NCBI RefSeq assembly: GCF_001194135.2
Contig: NC_068989.1
Location: 85,577,268 to 85,641,267 of the forward strand
Reading direction: 5' to 3'
Length of the DNA stretch: 64,000 nt
Origin: Octopus bimaculoides
Lineage: Eukaryota
The translations under genes were made by a program, and so were the position numbers. Each line of letters starts with the position of its first letter. Position 1 is the stretch's first letter. This document shows, piece after piece, positions 1-11,620 of this stretch. The notes below the pieces were generated by a model. The model was not told where the DNA came from, searched no databases, and worked only from the letters and a program-made list of their open reading frames with translations.

Positions 1-88
1 TTCCTGTTCAAGACTGAAGATATACAGCCAACAGGTTTACAAAGGTACTACTCGTTACACACTAGGACAAAAACTACTCTGTAACATT

Positions 89-877
89 TGCTGGCACTCC
101 GTCGCTTACGACATCGAGGGTTCCAGTTGATCCGATCAATGGAACAGCCTGCTCGTGAAATTAACGTGCAAGTGGCTGAGCACTCCACAGACACGTGTAC
201 CCTTAACGTAGTTCTCGGGGATATTCAGTGTGACACAGTGTGACAAGGCCAACCCTTTCAATTACAGGCACAACAGAAACAGGAAGTAAGAGTGAGAGAA
301 AGTTGTGGTGAAAGAGTACAGCAGGGTTCACCACCATCCCCTGCCGGAGCCTCGTGGAGCTTTAGGTGTTTTCGCTCAATAAACACTCGCAATGCCCGGT
401 CTGGGAATCGAAACCGCGATCCTATGACTGCGAGTCCGCTGCCCTAACCACTGGGCCATTGCGCCTCCTCTGTNNNNNNNNNNNNNNNNNNNNNATTTGC
501 TGGCACTCCGTCGCTTACGACATCGAGGGTTCCAGTTGATCCGATCAATGGAACAGCCTGCTCGTGAAATTAACGTGCAAGTGGCTGAGCACTCCACAGA
601 CACGTGTACCCTTAACGTAGTTCTCGGGGATATTCAGTGTGACACAGTGTGACAAGGCCAACCCTTTCAATTACAGGCACAACAGAAACAGGAAGTAAGA
701 GTGAGAGAAAGTTGTGGTGAAAGAGTACAGCAGGGTTCACCACCATCCCCTGCCGGAGCCTCGTGGAGCTTTAGGTGTTTTCGCTCAATAAACACTCGCA
801 ATGCCCGGTCTGGGAATCGAAACCGCGATCCTATGACTGCGAGTCCGCTGCCCTAACCACTGGGCCATTGCGCCTCC
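89..877 (-). mobile_element. tRNA-derived SINE (family A); present twice (89..~470 and 496..877) around an N-gap, probably one real copy
   Basis: Minus-strand head GGAGGCGCAATGGCCCAGTGGTTAGGGCAGCGG...GGTTTCGATTCCC has A/B boxes. An 11-bp direct repeat TCTGTAACATT at 78..88 and 878..888 acts as TSD. Diverged relatives at ~18219, 19450, 26900, 28610-28870, 43225-43395 and 43585-43815. Confidence 0.85.
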
Positions 878-1503
878 TCTGTAACATTACCTTAAGCATA
901 TTAGACACATCTACAAGACAACCCCACACCCATTACATTGTGTAATGTGGTGGATGGTGGACAAGCAAAGACAATGTGGGGTCAAGCGTACTCCTATATC
1001 TTGTTGATGATGAAATAAAATCTCTAGTGCTGATATGATTACAGGTACTCACTATAATCTATAAAGTGGTTGGTGAATGGAAGGGTATTCAACAATAGAA
1101 GACAAAGCCAAAACTGAAGCTTATGAGTGAGATGTGTACCTCTGACCCATCTAGGAGGTCAGTGTCTAAATAAGAACTGGTTTAAATTGTAACAAACCCA
1201 ACCCACATTAGTAAGGTAAGTAGACATATGATGATGATGATGACGATGGATGATTAAATGTATCTATGTACACATACATACATATACATTAATGCAAAAC
1301 ATGCATACAAATTAAGCACTTGATTAAAATAGCTTCACTGCTTTACTGCTGAGAAATAAATACAGAATAATTAAATTTGATATCATACATTACTGAGAAA
1401 GACAACCTGCAGACTAATGGCTTGTCTGTATTACTCTTTGTTCTCTTGTTAAATTCATTATCATACCTGCTCACTGGTGTTTATAGAAATGGATATACTG
1501 AAT

Positions 1504-1601
1504 CTAGAAAAAACAGCCTTTCATCTTTTCCTTGTCAACGTTCTGAATCTGTATGGGCCAAGTATTAAACACATCAACTAGCAATTGGATCTCCACAGAC
1601 A
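1504..1601 (-). CDS. Possible downstream (terminal?) coding exon of an unidentified minus-strand gene: (M)SVEIQLLVDVFNTWPIQIQNVDKEKMKGCFF*
   Basis: Acceptor tttcattccag at 1602; phase 1 matches the 2540 donor; open for 31 codons to TAG. No recognised homology. Confidence 0.25.
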
Positions 1602-2024
1602 CTGGAATGAAATTTGGTGCATTTATAGTGGTAAAATGAGGAGAAATTATGCTCAGCTAAGATAGCCTATAAAATACACTGGCCTGACAATACAATCATG
1701 GAGATATGCAAGAATTACAAATATTTGGGGCAAGATGAGATTGACAAGTATAATGAATCTTTTAATTAGAAGAAGAGAAAACATATTCACCTCAACAGAT
1801 TTTGAAAATGTAGGCATTACACTTCTGAGAATACAAGCTTATCATTTACTATATTTTTGAAATAAAACAGGTGTGAATATATACATNNNNNNNNNNNNNN
1901 NNNNNNNNNNNNNNNNNNNNNNNNNNNNNNNNNNNNNNNNNNNNNNNNNNNNNNNNNNNNNNNNNNNNNNNNNNNNNNNNNNNNNNNNNNNNNNNNNNNN
2001 NNNNNNNNNNNNNNNNNNNNNNNN

Positions 2025-2055
<31 letters not shown>

Positions 2056-2084
2056 GACTGCAAAGTCGTGAGCTTGCAGAATTG

Positions 2085-2275
2085 TTTCTGCACAGGTCAA
2101 AGTGCTTAGCAGCATTTCTTTCATCTTTACATTCTGAGTTCAAATTCTGCTGAAGTCGATTTTGCCTTTCATCCTTTCAGGATCAATAAAATAAGTACCA
2201 GTTGAGTACTGGGGTCAACGTAATCGACTTACCCATCCTCTCCAAAATTGCTGGCCTTGAGCCAAAATTTGAAAT
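2085..2275 (+). mobile_element. tRNA-derived SINE (family D) copy
   Basis: Matches the recurrent ...aaatgcttagcggtatttcgt...gttctgagttcaaattccgccgaggtcgactttgcctttcatcctttc... unit also seen at ~3230-3440, 9290-9485, 13740-13875 and 18870-19050. Confidence 0.8.
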
Positions 2276-2539
2276 CAGTATGTGTGTGGTTGCATAAATA
2301 CATGCATGTGAGGCAATGTGATAAGAGGTTTGCTTCCCGATCACATGGTTCCAGGTTCAATCCCATTGCATGGCACCTACTATAGACCCAGACTGACCAG
2401 AGCTTTGTGAATGGATTTGGTAAACAGAAGCTGAAAGAACCCTATTGCATGTGTGTGTGTGTGTAAGTGGAGTGTGAGGTTTTTATGTTTTAAGCGGTGC
2501 AAGAAACAGTACCTGGAACCTGGAAACCCTTCAACTAAC

Positions 2540-2610
2540 TGTAATTATCCAGTTCTTTCTGAAACCTCACTCTTTCAGCCTCTTTCATCTTCTCATTTTC
2601 ATTCTTACAT
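2540..2610 (-). CDS. Coding exon of unidentified minus-strand gene: (R)CKNENEKMKEAERVRFQKELDNY
   Basis: Acceptor ttttattcctatag at 2611. Donor a|GTTAGT at 2539, with an alternative aga|GTGAGG at 2570. In frame with the 2701..2740 exon across a 90-nt intron. Confidence 0.5.
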
Positions 2611-2700
2611 CTATAGGAATAAAACAATTTTTTGCTCTCAAAAAACACCGTTCTTTCCTGGAGGTATGTTTTTTAATACATATTTGATGTAAATAATTAC

Positions 2701-2740
2701 CTGCAGTTCAAAACGTTTGGAAAGAAGTCATCAAGAGAAA
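2701..2740 (-). CDS. Coding exon of unidentified minus-strand gene: SLDDFFPNVLNC
   Basis: Acceptor ttactgccttcag at 2741 and donor cag|GTAATT at 2700; phase-2 end matches the next exon. Confidence 0.5.
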
Positions 2741-3129
2741 CTGAAGGCAGTAATGCAGAAAAGGTACCATAAAGTGATTACAATGGATTGTTAACTTGAT
2801 GTTTAAAAAAGGCTTGGTGCAAGACAAAAACAAATCACCCACTTAAACAAAACATTAAAGCTTGCAAAGTTTACAATGCAAACAATATGAGACAACAGAG
2901 AGAGAATTAAGTCAAGTGCTCAAGAAGATTCAATGTTAATTGCTTGGACTTCATTTTTTTCATAGATCTAATATAATGTTTAAAATAGAATGGCTCCTGA
3001 ATGTATGGATTAAAGATCAGATCTGATGTAATGTATCAATTAGCATGATGATGATTAAAAAGAAATAGCCACAATTTTATATGACAATTACAGAAAAAGG
3101 AGGGTGAAGTCTTTGTTGTCACCAACGTC

Positions 3130-3212
3130 ATCGCCACCACCACTGCCATCGTCGTCGTCATTGTCATCATTATCATCATCATTGCCATCATCATCATCAT
3201 CATCATCATCAT
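3130..3212. repeat. (CAT/CGT)n trinucleotide microsatellite
   Basis: Direct reading of the sequence. Confidence 0.95.
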
Positions 3213-3638
3213 TATTGACATTATTATTTCTAAAGTGGTAGAATTGTTAGTACACTGGGCGAAATGCTTTGTGGCATTTCGTCTGTGGTCGTGTTCTGAG
3301 TTCAAATTCCGCCAAGGTTGACTCTGCCTTTCATCCTTTCAAGGTTGATAAAGTGAACACCAGTTGAATACTAGGGTCAATGCAATTGACTTACCCCTCC
3401 ACCGAAATTCTGGTCTTGTACCAAAATCTAAAATCAATATTTTTATTATTTCTTGCCGGTAAAATCTGGTTTGAAAGATTAAAGAAATGTTTGAATTTGC
3501 ACATCATAAAAATGACGCCAATTCTGATACAAAGGCTGCTTTTAAGTTGAAGAATATTGATTGTTGAAATAGCACTTTTCCTGGAGCTCATTCATGCCAG
3601 AACTTTTATTTCTTGAGAATAAAAATCAAAAGTAGGGT

Positions 3639-3849
3639 TTAACCGTTTCAATACTAGCCTGGCTGTAACTGCCTCTGGCTCTGTACTACAAATGTCTTGT
3701 TGTCATAAGTTTTGAATTAAAATCTTCCACCAGTTCCTAACACCAGCTTAATGATAACTAAGTTATTTTACGGAATTCTTTGTTATATTTAAAATCAATT
3801 GAAAGAAACACAGAGCATCTCAACAGAAATATGGTAACAAAAGGGTTAA
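3639..3849. mobile_element. piggyBac-like MITE, copy 1
   Basis: TTAA at both ends; right end TGGTAACAAAAGGGTTAA; closely similar to copy 2; left TIR degenerate. Confidence 0.75.
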
Positions 3850-3861
3850 CAAATGACTGAT

Positions 3862-4089
3862 TTAACCCTTTTGTTACCAACCCGGCTGAAACCAGCTCTG
3901 GCTCTGTAATACAAATGTCTTGTTTTCATAAGTTTTGAATTAAAATCTTCCACCAAACCTTAGTCACAATTTATGTTCCTAACACTAGCTTAATGATAAC
4001 TAAGTTATTTTACTAAATTCTTTGTTATATTTAAAATTAATTGAAAGAAACAGAACATCTCAACAGAAATATGGTAACAAAAGGGTTAA
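3862..4089. mobile_element. piggyBac-like MITE, copy 2
   Basis: Perfect 18-bp inverted ends TTAACCCTTTTGTTACCA / TGGTAACAAAAGGGTTAA, i.e. TTAA-CCC...GGG-TTAA. Confidence 0.85.
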
Positions 4090-6019
4090 AGCTTCCAAAG
4101 ACCATTTGAAGCTTATTCCAGGAGGAATTGTTTCTGGTGATATAAAATGAAAGCTCCTACTCATATATCATTCTGAAAGCCCAAAGACTTTCAAGGGTTA
4201 TGCATTGTTTAATCTACCACAGAACTTCCAGATCCAGGGGTTGTAGTTTTGCTGCATCACACTTCTTAATTATGATTTCATACTGTCAAGGACATAGTAA
4301 TGCAGAGAACACAATGATGTCGTCGTCGTTGTCGTCGTTGCTGCTGCTGTTGTTGTTAGTGATATTTCTTTAGCTCCAGATCAGCCCTAACTCAATAGAC
4401 ATACAATCAATTGTGTTCCAGCCATGACTATCAACACATGATAATGTATTTAGGACTACATTATGTCACAGGTTCTTCTATCAAGTTATTGCTATCCATG
4501 TCAGCCCTGATTCAGCTGACACATGATAAAAAAAAATGTCCCACCAGTGACTGTTCCATCTTTTATTCTGACCCAGTACATTTAAAACAACACCACCCAA
4601 TGTGTCCTTCATCCTTTTAAGAAAGTAAGGTATGGTTTGGGAGAGATTTGTTTGCTATTTCTAACAAGTAGAGTGACCATGTAGGAACACCCTTCATTAC
4701 CAACAAGGGTAACAGTTAGCTGATCTCGTTTTCTCTTCCTTCCATCATAATTGAATTGTTAATACGATTTTGTTGATTAAAACATTGTGTTAATCTGTTA
4801 ATCCCTCATTCTTGCGACACACAACATATTCCATTGTCAAGGTACATAGTGAAGGAGAGAGTGCAGTGTAAAAGATTAGATTAGAAAACACCGAAGCAAA
4901 AAATAGGATATATTTGGGTTCTGAAAAGGAACTTAAATGAAAACAACTTGATTTAAATAAGGGTTAGTTTGTGATTTTTTGACCAGCTATTTAGACCCCT
5001 AAGAAAACCTACTGAGGATATAAACAATAACTTACCTTGTGATTTGTAAAAGAATTAGCCTTCACTTGTGGCAAGAACAAACAATTAACCAATCACAATA
5101 ACTTTTAGTTCCTTCATCAGTGAACTATGACAACAGTGAGTTGAGATAGCATTTTTAGCTGTACCTATGTTGTCAGCAGTCATCTGTGAAAATGATCTAT
5201 TGTAACAACAGTGAGTTAGGATAGCATTTTTACCTCTGTCATCCTCACTCGACCGTGACAAGGACCAGCTGTGACAACGGTCACCTTTAAACAACAGCTA
5301 TGTAAATAATCAGAGATTTACTGTGTCAGACAAAATAATCTACTCACAGTTTCCTTTCACTATAGAAGCCTTCTGATGTCAGGTAAAGTGATATGGCTGA
5401 ATGATCAAAGGTGTACAGGTATGTTTGGGTGGTTAAGTTTTCTTTGATGTCACTTGCTTCCAGGTTCACTCCCATTGTGCCACACCTTGGCAAGTGACTT
5501 CTATCATAGCACATATTAGAAGAATATATTCTAAGTGTATGTTGGTTGAAAGAAACTGATATATATATACTGGACCACTGAAATCTTCAAGTTTTTTTCA
5601 TTGTCCCGAGTGTCAAACTAATACACTCATTTGTTGTTCACGCATCTATCTTCATCTTTTATTTCCTATAAATTTCATTTATATATATATAGGGAGAGAG
5701 AGAGAGAGATTTACACACATACACACACACATGTGTCTATGTGTTTGCAGGGGGGCGAGTCCACATGTGTTTTGCTAATGCAAATGATACAAACATTGGT
5801 AAGGGAAATGAAAAACCAGTGGTCCTAACATTCTTTTGTATAACTTTTTTCTGTCCCAATTTACAAATACTCCCTTATCACCACTACAGTGAAGCAGTGA
5901 TTGGTCCACTGGGACCTACCACCGATGACTGTGATATGAAATAAACTGATTAATAAACAGAGGGATCAGGACAAATGTTCAAGTTGCCTCCTTTCTCTTT
6001 CTGGGTTATCCCTTCATCA

Positions 6020-6620
6020 CGGCGATTCTGCCAGCTCGCCGACCTATCTTGCGAAGATATTGGTTTCAAGTTTTGGCACAAGGCCAGCAAGTTTGGAAGC
6101 GGGGTTAAGTCGATTACATCGATCCCAGTGTTCAACTGGTACTTATTTTATTGACCTCGAAAGGATGAAGGGCAAAGACGACCTCAGCAGAATCTGAACT
6201 CAGAACGTAGATGTACGAAATGCAACTAAGCATTTTGCTGAGAGTGCTAACGATTCCGCCAACTCGCCGTCCTATAATGCGTAAATATTGATTTCAAAAT
6301 TTGGCACAAGGCCAGTAATTTCGGGGGAGAGGTAAGTCGATGTAATCGACACCAGTGTGCTAATGATTCTGCCAGCTCACCGTCCTGTCTTGCGTAAATA
6401 TTCTTTTCTACTCTAGGCACAAGGCCCGAAATTTTAGGGGAGGGACCAGTCGATTAGATCGACCTCAGTACGCAACTGGTACTTAATTTATCAACCCGAA
6501 AGGATGAAAGGCAAAGTCGACCTCGACGAAATTTGAACTCAGAAGTAAAGGTAGATGAAATACCGCCAAGCACTTCGCCCGGCGTGCTAACGCTTCTGCC
6601 AGCTCGTCACCTTTGCCTTG
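6020..6620 (-). mobile_element. Cluster of 3-4 adjacent or nested family-D SINE copies
   Basis: Repeated ttctgccagctcgcc heads and aaaggatgaaaggcaaagtcgacctc...gaatttgaactcagaa bodies. Confidence 0.8.
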
Positions 6621-7389
6621 CGTATATATTAAAAAGCAATTTGAAAGGAAGTCAAATAAATAACTAAAGGGAAATAATTCCTTTTGTATTTAAGATCTAA
6701 TTATTTCCCTTGAAATTTGTTTCTCACTTCCGAAGTTCAACTTGAATTAACACATAAAGCGCGATGGGTCCCGATCGTGACCGTCAGGCACAGATCGACA
6801 GGCCCCGATCGTGGCCCAGATAGATGCGTTTAATTTATGGGTGTTTGTTGGTATCTAATGTCACCCAAACGCTCCGGTACCCACCAGAATGCAACAGGAC
6901 TAATAGTTCAACTATTGACTTTTCAGATGATGTAAAACATGCCACCATTATATACGAAGAAGATATTTTAACTTTGTTTTGTTTTTTATGTGTGTATGGT
7001 AGTCTCATTTTCATAAAATGTCCTCATCCCAGCGCTTTATGGGTTAAACACATGACTACGATTTATTTAATCATCTCGAAAGAAATGAAGTAAAACTGTA
7101 AACGTGATCATAAAAGAACCGTGGATTTATGTAGGAATTAAATGATCCAGTAATAGTTTTTCTCGATCCGTTATATAAATCCTCAGGTTTTAAATCCGTT
7201 GTGTCATCAAGACTGATTCAGGGCAATTTTATTATCATGCACTCTCATACTAATTGTTACTCAGAGGAGGAAGTCCCTGAGATTGGTGGGAGGAAGTTAT
7301 CTTCAGACCAGATACCTGATCTACTTGTTACAGAGTGAACTCCACTGAATGTACCCAAGGGTCAAATGATGGTGTTAAATTGAAATCCT

Positions 7390-7765
7390 TGTGACAGGAA
7401 GAGTTAATAGGTCACCATTTATAGCAGTGTGATGAGGAAAGAACAATAAGATTTGAATAAGTTAAACAAGCGATAATTTATTCCTATCATAATAATAGAA
7501 GATTACCAAAGGGAATGGTGTTAATACTACAGTCTGGAACAAACATTCAAATTACTTCCGTTCTGCTGGATCTTATGATGACTGTGCTGTGCTGAAGACA
7601 GGCAACGACTGGTTGAAGACAGCGGTGAAACTGGCTGGTATCTGGTCAATGGTGGCTGGCCTAAAGACACCAACAAAGAGCAGAAGAAACTGGTGTTTAT
7701 ATAACCATAGGGTGGCTCCACAGGCCAAGATGGTCTTTCCCGTGTAGGGAACAAATTCTGTTACA
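7390..7765 (-). mobile_element. Probable solo LTR (Gypsy-like)
   Basis: About 375 bp with TG...CA ends (TGTAACAG / CTGTCACA on minus), a TATA-like TTATATAAA at 7696-7704 and AATAAA at 7477-7482. No TSD found. Confidence 0.45.
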
Positions 7766-7835
7766 AACACACAATTGACAGTTAAAACTGACCAATACCT
7801 GCAACTAAATTGACCAACAACTAGGTCATGTGACT

Positions 7836-8206
7836 TGATGCTAAGAAATGCCAGTCATCAAATTTGGTTTGATTTCGAATTCGATTTCGATTTCACTTGC
7901 CTCAACAGGTCTTCACAAGCAGAGCTTAGTGTCCAAAGAAAGAAAGGTACGCATAAGTGGGCTGGCTACACCCCTAGTAAAGGCCACGGGTTATGGTCTC
8001 ACTTGTCTTGCCGGGTCTTTTCACGCACAGCATATTTCCAGTGAGGCCTAATGTTCGAAAGTCGTTCTTCACCACCTCATCCCAGGTCTTCCTAGGCCTA
8101 CCTCTTCCACAGGTACCTTCAACCAGTAGGGTGTGTCACTTTTTCACACAGCTATCCTCATCCATTCTCACAACATGACCATACCAGCGCAATCGTCTCT
8201 CTTGCA
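7836..8206 (-). mobile_element. RTE-clade LINE 3' fragment
   Basis: 8041..8206 reads ERRLRWYGHVVRMDEDSCVKK*HTLLVEGTCGRGRPRKTWDEVVKNDFRTLGLT, the typical RTE ORF2 C-terminus. The following 3' UTR matches the plus-strand copy at ~34030. Confidence 0.9.
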
Positions 8207-8221
8207 GACCATATATATATA

Positions 8222-8396
8222 TGAGTAGCTGTGTGGTAAGACGCTTGCTTCCCAAACACATGGAAACATGGTTCTGGGTTCAGTTCCACTGCATGACACC
8301 TTGGGCAAGTGTCTTCTACTATAGCTTCGGGCCAACCTAAGCCTTTTGAGTGGATTTGGTAGACAGAAACTGAAAGAAGCCCTTCATATATAAATA

Positions 8397-8429
<33 letters not shown>

Positions 8430-8620
8430 TTGTGTGTCCATGTTTGTCGCCCCATCATCGCTTGACAAATGATGTCGGTGTGTTTACATCGCCATAATTA
8501 AGCGGTTTGTCAAAAGAGACGGATAGAATAAGTACTAGGCTTACAAAGAATAGTCTTGGGGTCAATCTGTTTGACTAAAAGCAGTGCTTCAGCATGGCCA
8601 CAGTCATACGACTGAAATAA
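8222..8620 (+). mobile_element. tRNA-derived SINE (family B) with long 3' module
   Basis: gagtagctgtgtggtaag...gggttcagttccactgc...ccttgggcaagtgtcttctactatagc...ggatttggtagacagaaactgaaagaagccc, followed by the cgcttgacaa...gatagaataagtactagg...gtgcttcagcatggcc module. More than 10 copies in the window. Confidence 0.85.
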
Positions 8621-11366
8621 GTAAAAGAATATATATATATATATATCATGTATATACATACATTTTTCCCTCTCTCACAATGTGGGAGAGAGGCACAAGC
8701 ACATACACAGACATATACACACGCGGCAGTAACTTCCGCCTACCAAAGCTTCGGGCAGCTCGGGGCTATAGCAGAAGACACTTGCCCAAAGTGCCACGCG
8801 GTGGGACTGAACCCGAAACCATGCAGCTGGGAAGCAAGCTTCCTAACCACACAGCCATGCCCGCGCCTACAAATGTGTATATACATATGCGCAGCACTAT
8901 TCGTGTGGCAACTTTCTACAGCCGGATGCCCTTCCTGCCACCAACCCCCACCTGTTGCCAAGCGAGGTAGTTTTTTTCCATACATACATATGTACATGCA
9001 TACATGTATGCATGTGTGTGTGTGTGTGTGTGTTTGCTTTGTAGCCATGTGATTTTAAGTTTTATGTTTCTGCTTGATAACACAGGCAAGTTTCTTCTAT
9101 TACATATATGTGCATACATGCATTCATGTCATCATCGTTGTTTAAACATCAAGTTCCTGGCATGGGTTGGATGGTTTGATGGGACCTGATGTGTCCAAGG
9201 ACTCCATTGAACTCCAGTGTCTGCTGTGGCAATGCATGCCTTCCCTAATTTATTTCTTTACTGCCCACGGGGGGGGGGGTAAACATAGAGGGGACAAACA
9301 AGGAGAGACAAAGAGATTAAGTCAATTACATTGACCCCAGTGTGTAACTGGTACTTATTTAATTGACCCCCAAAAGGATGAAAAACAAAGTCGACCTCAG
9401 CAGAATTTGAACTCAGAATGTAACAGCAGATGAAATACCACAAAACATTTCGCCCAGTGTGCTAATGATTTTGCCAGCTCGCTGCCTTTCCTAATGCCAA
9501 CCACTTGCAGTGTGCTGGGTGACCTTTCCATGTTACCTGCAGTATTGAGGTCACCATGCAGTTTACGAGACTACAAACCCTGAGCGTCAGTTTGATGCTA
9601 GGGAACGAGGTGATTACTACAAGGGTTGGGGTAGTAGTGCAGATTCCTGTGTAGGGATCTGCATGGCTTCTCACATCTAGAAGGAAAGGGATGGGGACAG
9701 AAAGTGTGGTACTTTTTGGTTATCTCACCCCCATTAAAAAATTGGGTTATCTCACCCCTCCCCCTTTTATGAAAAATATCAGTACTTTTGGTCATCTCCT
9801 CCAACTAGAAAAAATTGTTTAACCCTCAATAAAACAAAGAAAATGAAAAAAGAGTGGCTGTGTGGTAAGTAGCTTGCTTACGAACCACATGGTTTCAGGT
9901 TCAGTCCCACTGCGTGGCACCTTGGGCAAGTGTCTTCTACTATAGCCTTGGGTTGACCAAAGTCTTGTGAGTGGATTTGGTAGATGGAAACTGAAAGAAG
10001 CCCGAGGCTATAGTAGAAGACACTTGCCCAAGGTGCCACGCAGTGGAACTGAACCCGGGACTATGTGGTTGGTAAGCAAGCTACTTACCACACAGCCACT
10101 TCTGCACCTTATAACATCCAATAACATTCTTATAACAAATCATACAATGCCTACTGAGGAGGCCAAAAGTCAAAAATGTGTTGAAGTATTGAATCAAAAG
10201 GATCTAACTCTTAATCCAGTCTCTTGTTGCCACATTAACTCAATTTTTTAATGGGGAGATAACCCAATTTTTTAATGGCAATTTTTCAATGAGGGTGAAA
10301 TAACCAGAAAGTACCGAAAGTGTGAAGGCTAAATATATGCATGAATATTGACATTCCACAGCTTAGCATGTCACTGCCTGAGCAAAATGGTGACATGATA
10401 TTTACATTCCTTGCTGACATTACAAATATTCAGTCAGTGCTTTGGTAGAGGAGTGGAATAACTAACTAGCCTTTACTTGAGGAACAGGTAAGGGTAAGGC
10501 TTACCAACGAGGAGGGCATCCGGCCATAAACCATTGCTATAAACAAGTCTTCATCCAATCGATAGATAAAAAGACCATAAACACACACACACACAAATGC
10601 CCACACACTGCACACATACACATACATACATATATATGTGTGAACAAGCACACACACATGCACACATACATACATGCATGCATACATACATGTGTGTCTG
10701 TGTCTGTGTGTGGCTAAAATATGTTTGACCATGGGGAAAAATATTTTACTTAGAAACAGGCTCCAATCTGCCAAATCAGATTGGAGCCTGGTGTCACCTC
10801 CTGGTCCACCAGTCCTCATTCAAATCGTCCGACCCATGCTAGCATGGAAAGTGGACGTTAAACAATGATGATGATGATGATGATGATGATGAAACAGGTG
10901 AGGGTTGGCAATAAAAAGGGAACCCAGTCATAGTAAATTGGTCTCAATAAACTCTGTCTGACCCATGCAAACATGAAAAAGTGGACGTTAAATGGTGATG
11001 ATTAGTTTAGCAGATCATAAAATATCAATAAGCAACTCTAATAGTAACTGATGCTTATATACCAACTTCTGAAACATCAAACACTATTTAAATCAGTTGA
11101 AGTGACAATTCATTGTAATCTCTATAATAGAGACAGAGATCTATTGTCAGAAAGGTGTAGACTTTAAGTTTAATGGATGTGAATTGACTTATGAACAGAA
11201 AGGACAAGTGTGTGGGTGAATGTCTTTGTGCGGGGGGGGGGGGATAAAAGTTTCAGTTATAAAGTGTAAGAAACATAACAGCTGTTGATGATGTGTTTAA
11301 ACTTGAACAAATGACAAAACAATAACAAAATCTGTGACAGAAAGGAAAAAAATTGTGACATTCTGA

Positions 11367-11620
11367 TATACATACATACATACATACTTACATACATTCA
11401 TACATACATACATACAAATACATACATTCATACATACATATTTACATACATACATCCATAAATACATACATACTTACATACATTCATACATACATGCATA
11501 CAAATACATACATTCATACATACATATTTACATACATACATCCATAAATATATACATACATACATACATACTTACATACATTCATACATACACACATTCA
11601 TATGTACATACATTCATACA
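11367..11620. repeat. Long imperfect (TACA)n tetranucleotide array
   Basis: Direct reading of the sequence. Confidence 0.95.

Larger units (their letters stand above)
3560..4225 (+). mobile_element. Decayed Tigger/pogo DDE transposase fragment, interrupted by MITEs at 3639..4089
   Basis: Left flank reads ARTFIS*E*KSKVGF; right flank reads KASKDHLKLIPGGIVSGDIK*KLLLIYHSESPKTFKGY. Together they resemble the Tigger signature [48 protein letters not shown]. Confidence 0.8.

Noticed and set aside
89-893. Apparent tandem duplication of a ~390-bp SINE
   Set aside because: The two copies look identical, flank an N-gap and share one TSD pair, so this is a contig-overlap artefact.
5085-5294. ORF with duplicated KNAI(L/S)THCC motif
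   Set aside because: It reflects a 27-bp direct repeat at 75-bp spacing; I could not join it in phase to neighbouring exons, and it has no recognisable homology.
8584-10251. Multiple 60-134-aa ORFs sharing [13 protein letters not shown]
   Set aside because: These are antisense translations of family-B SINE copies and recur at 32659 and 59507.
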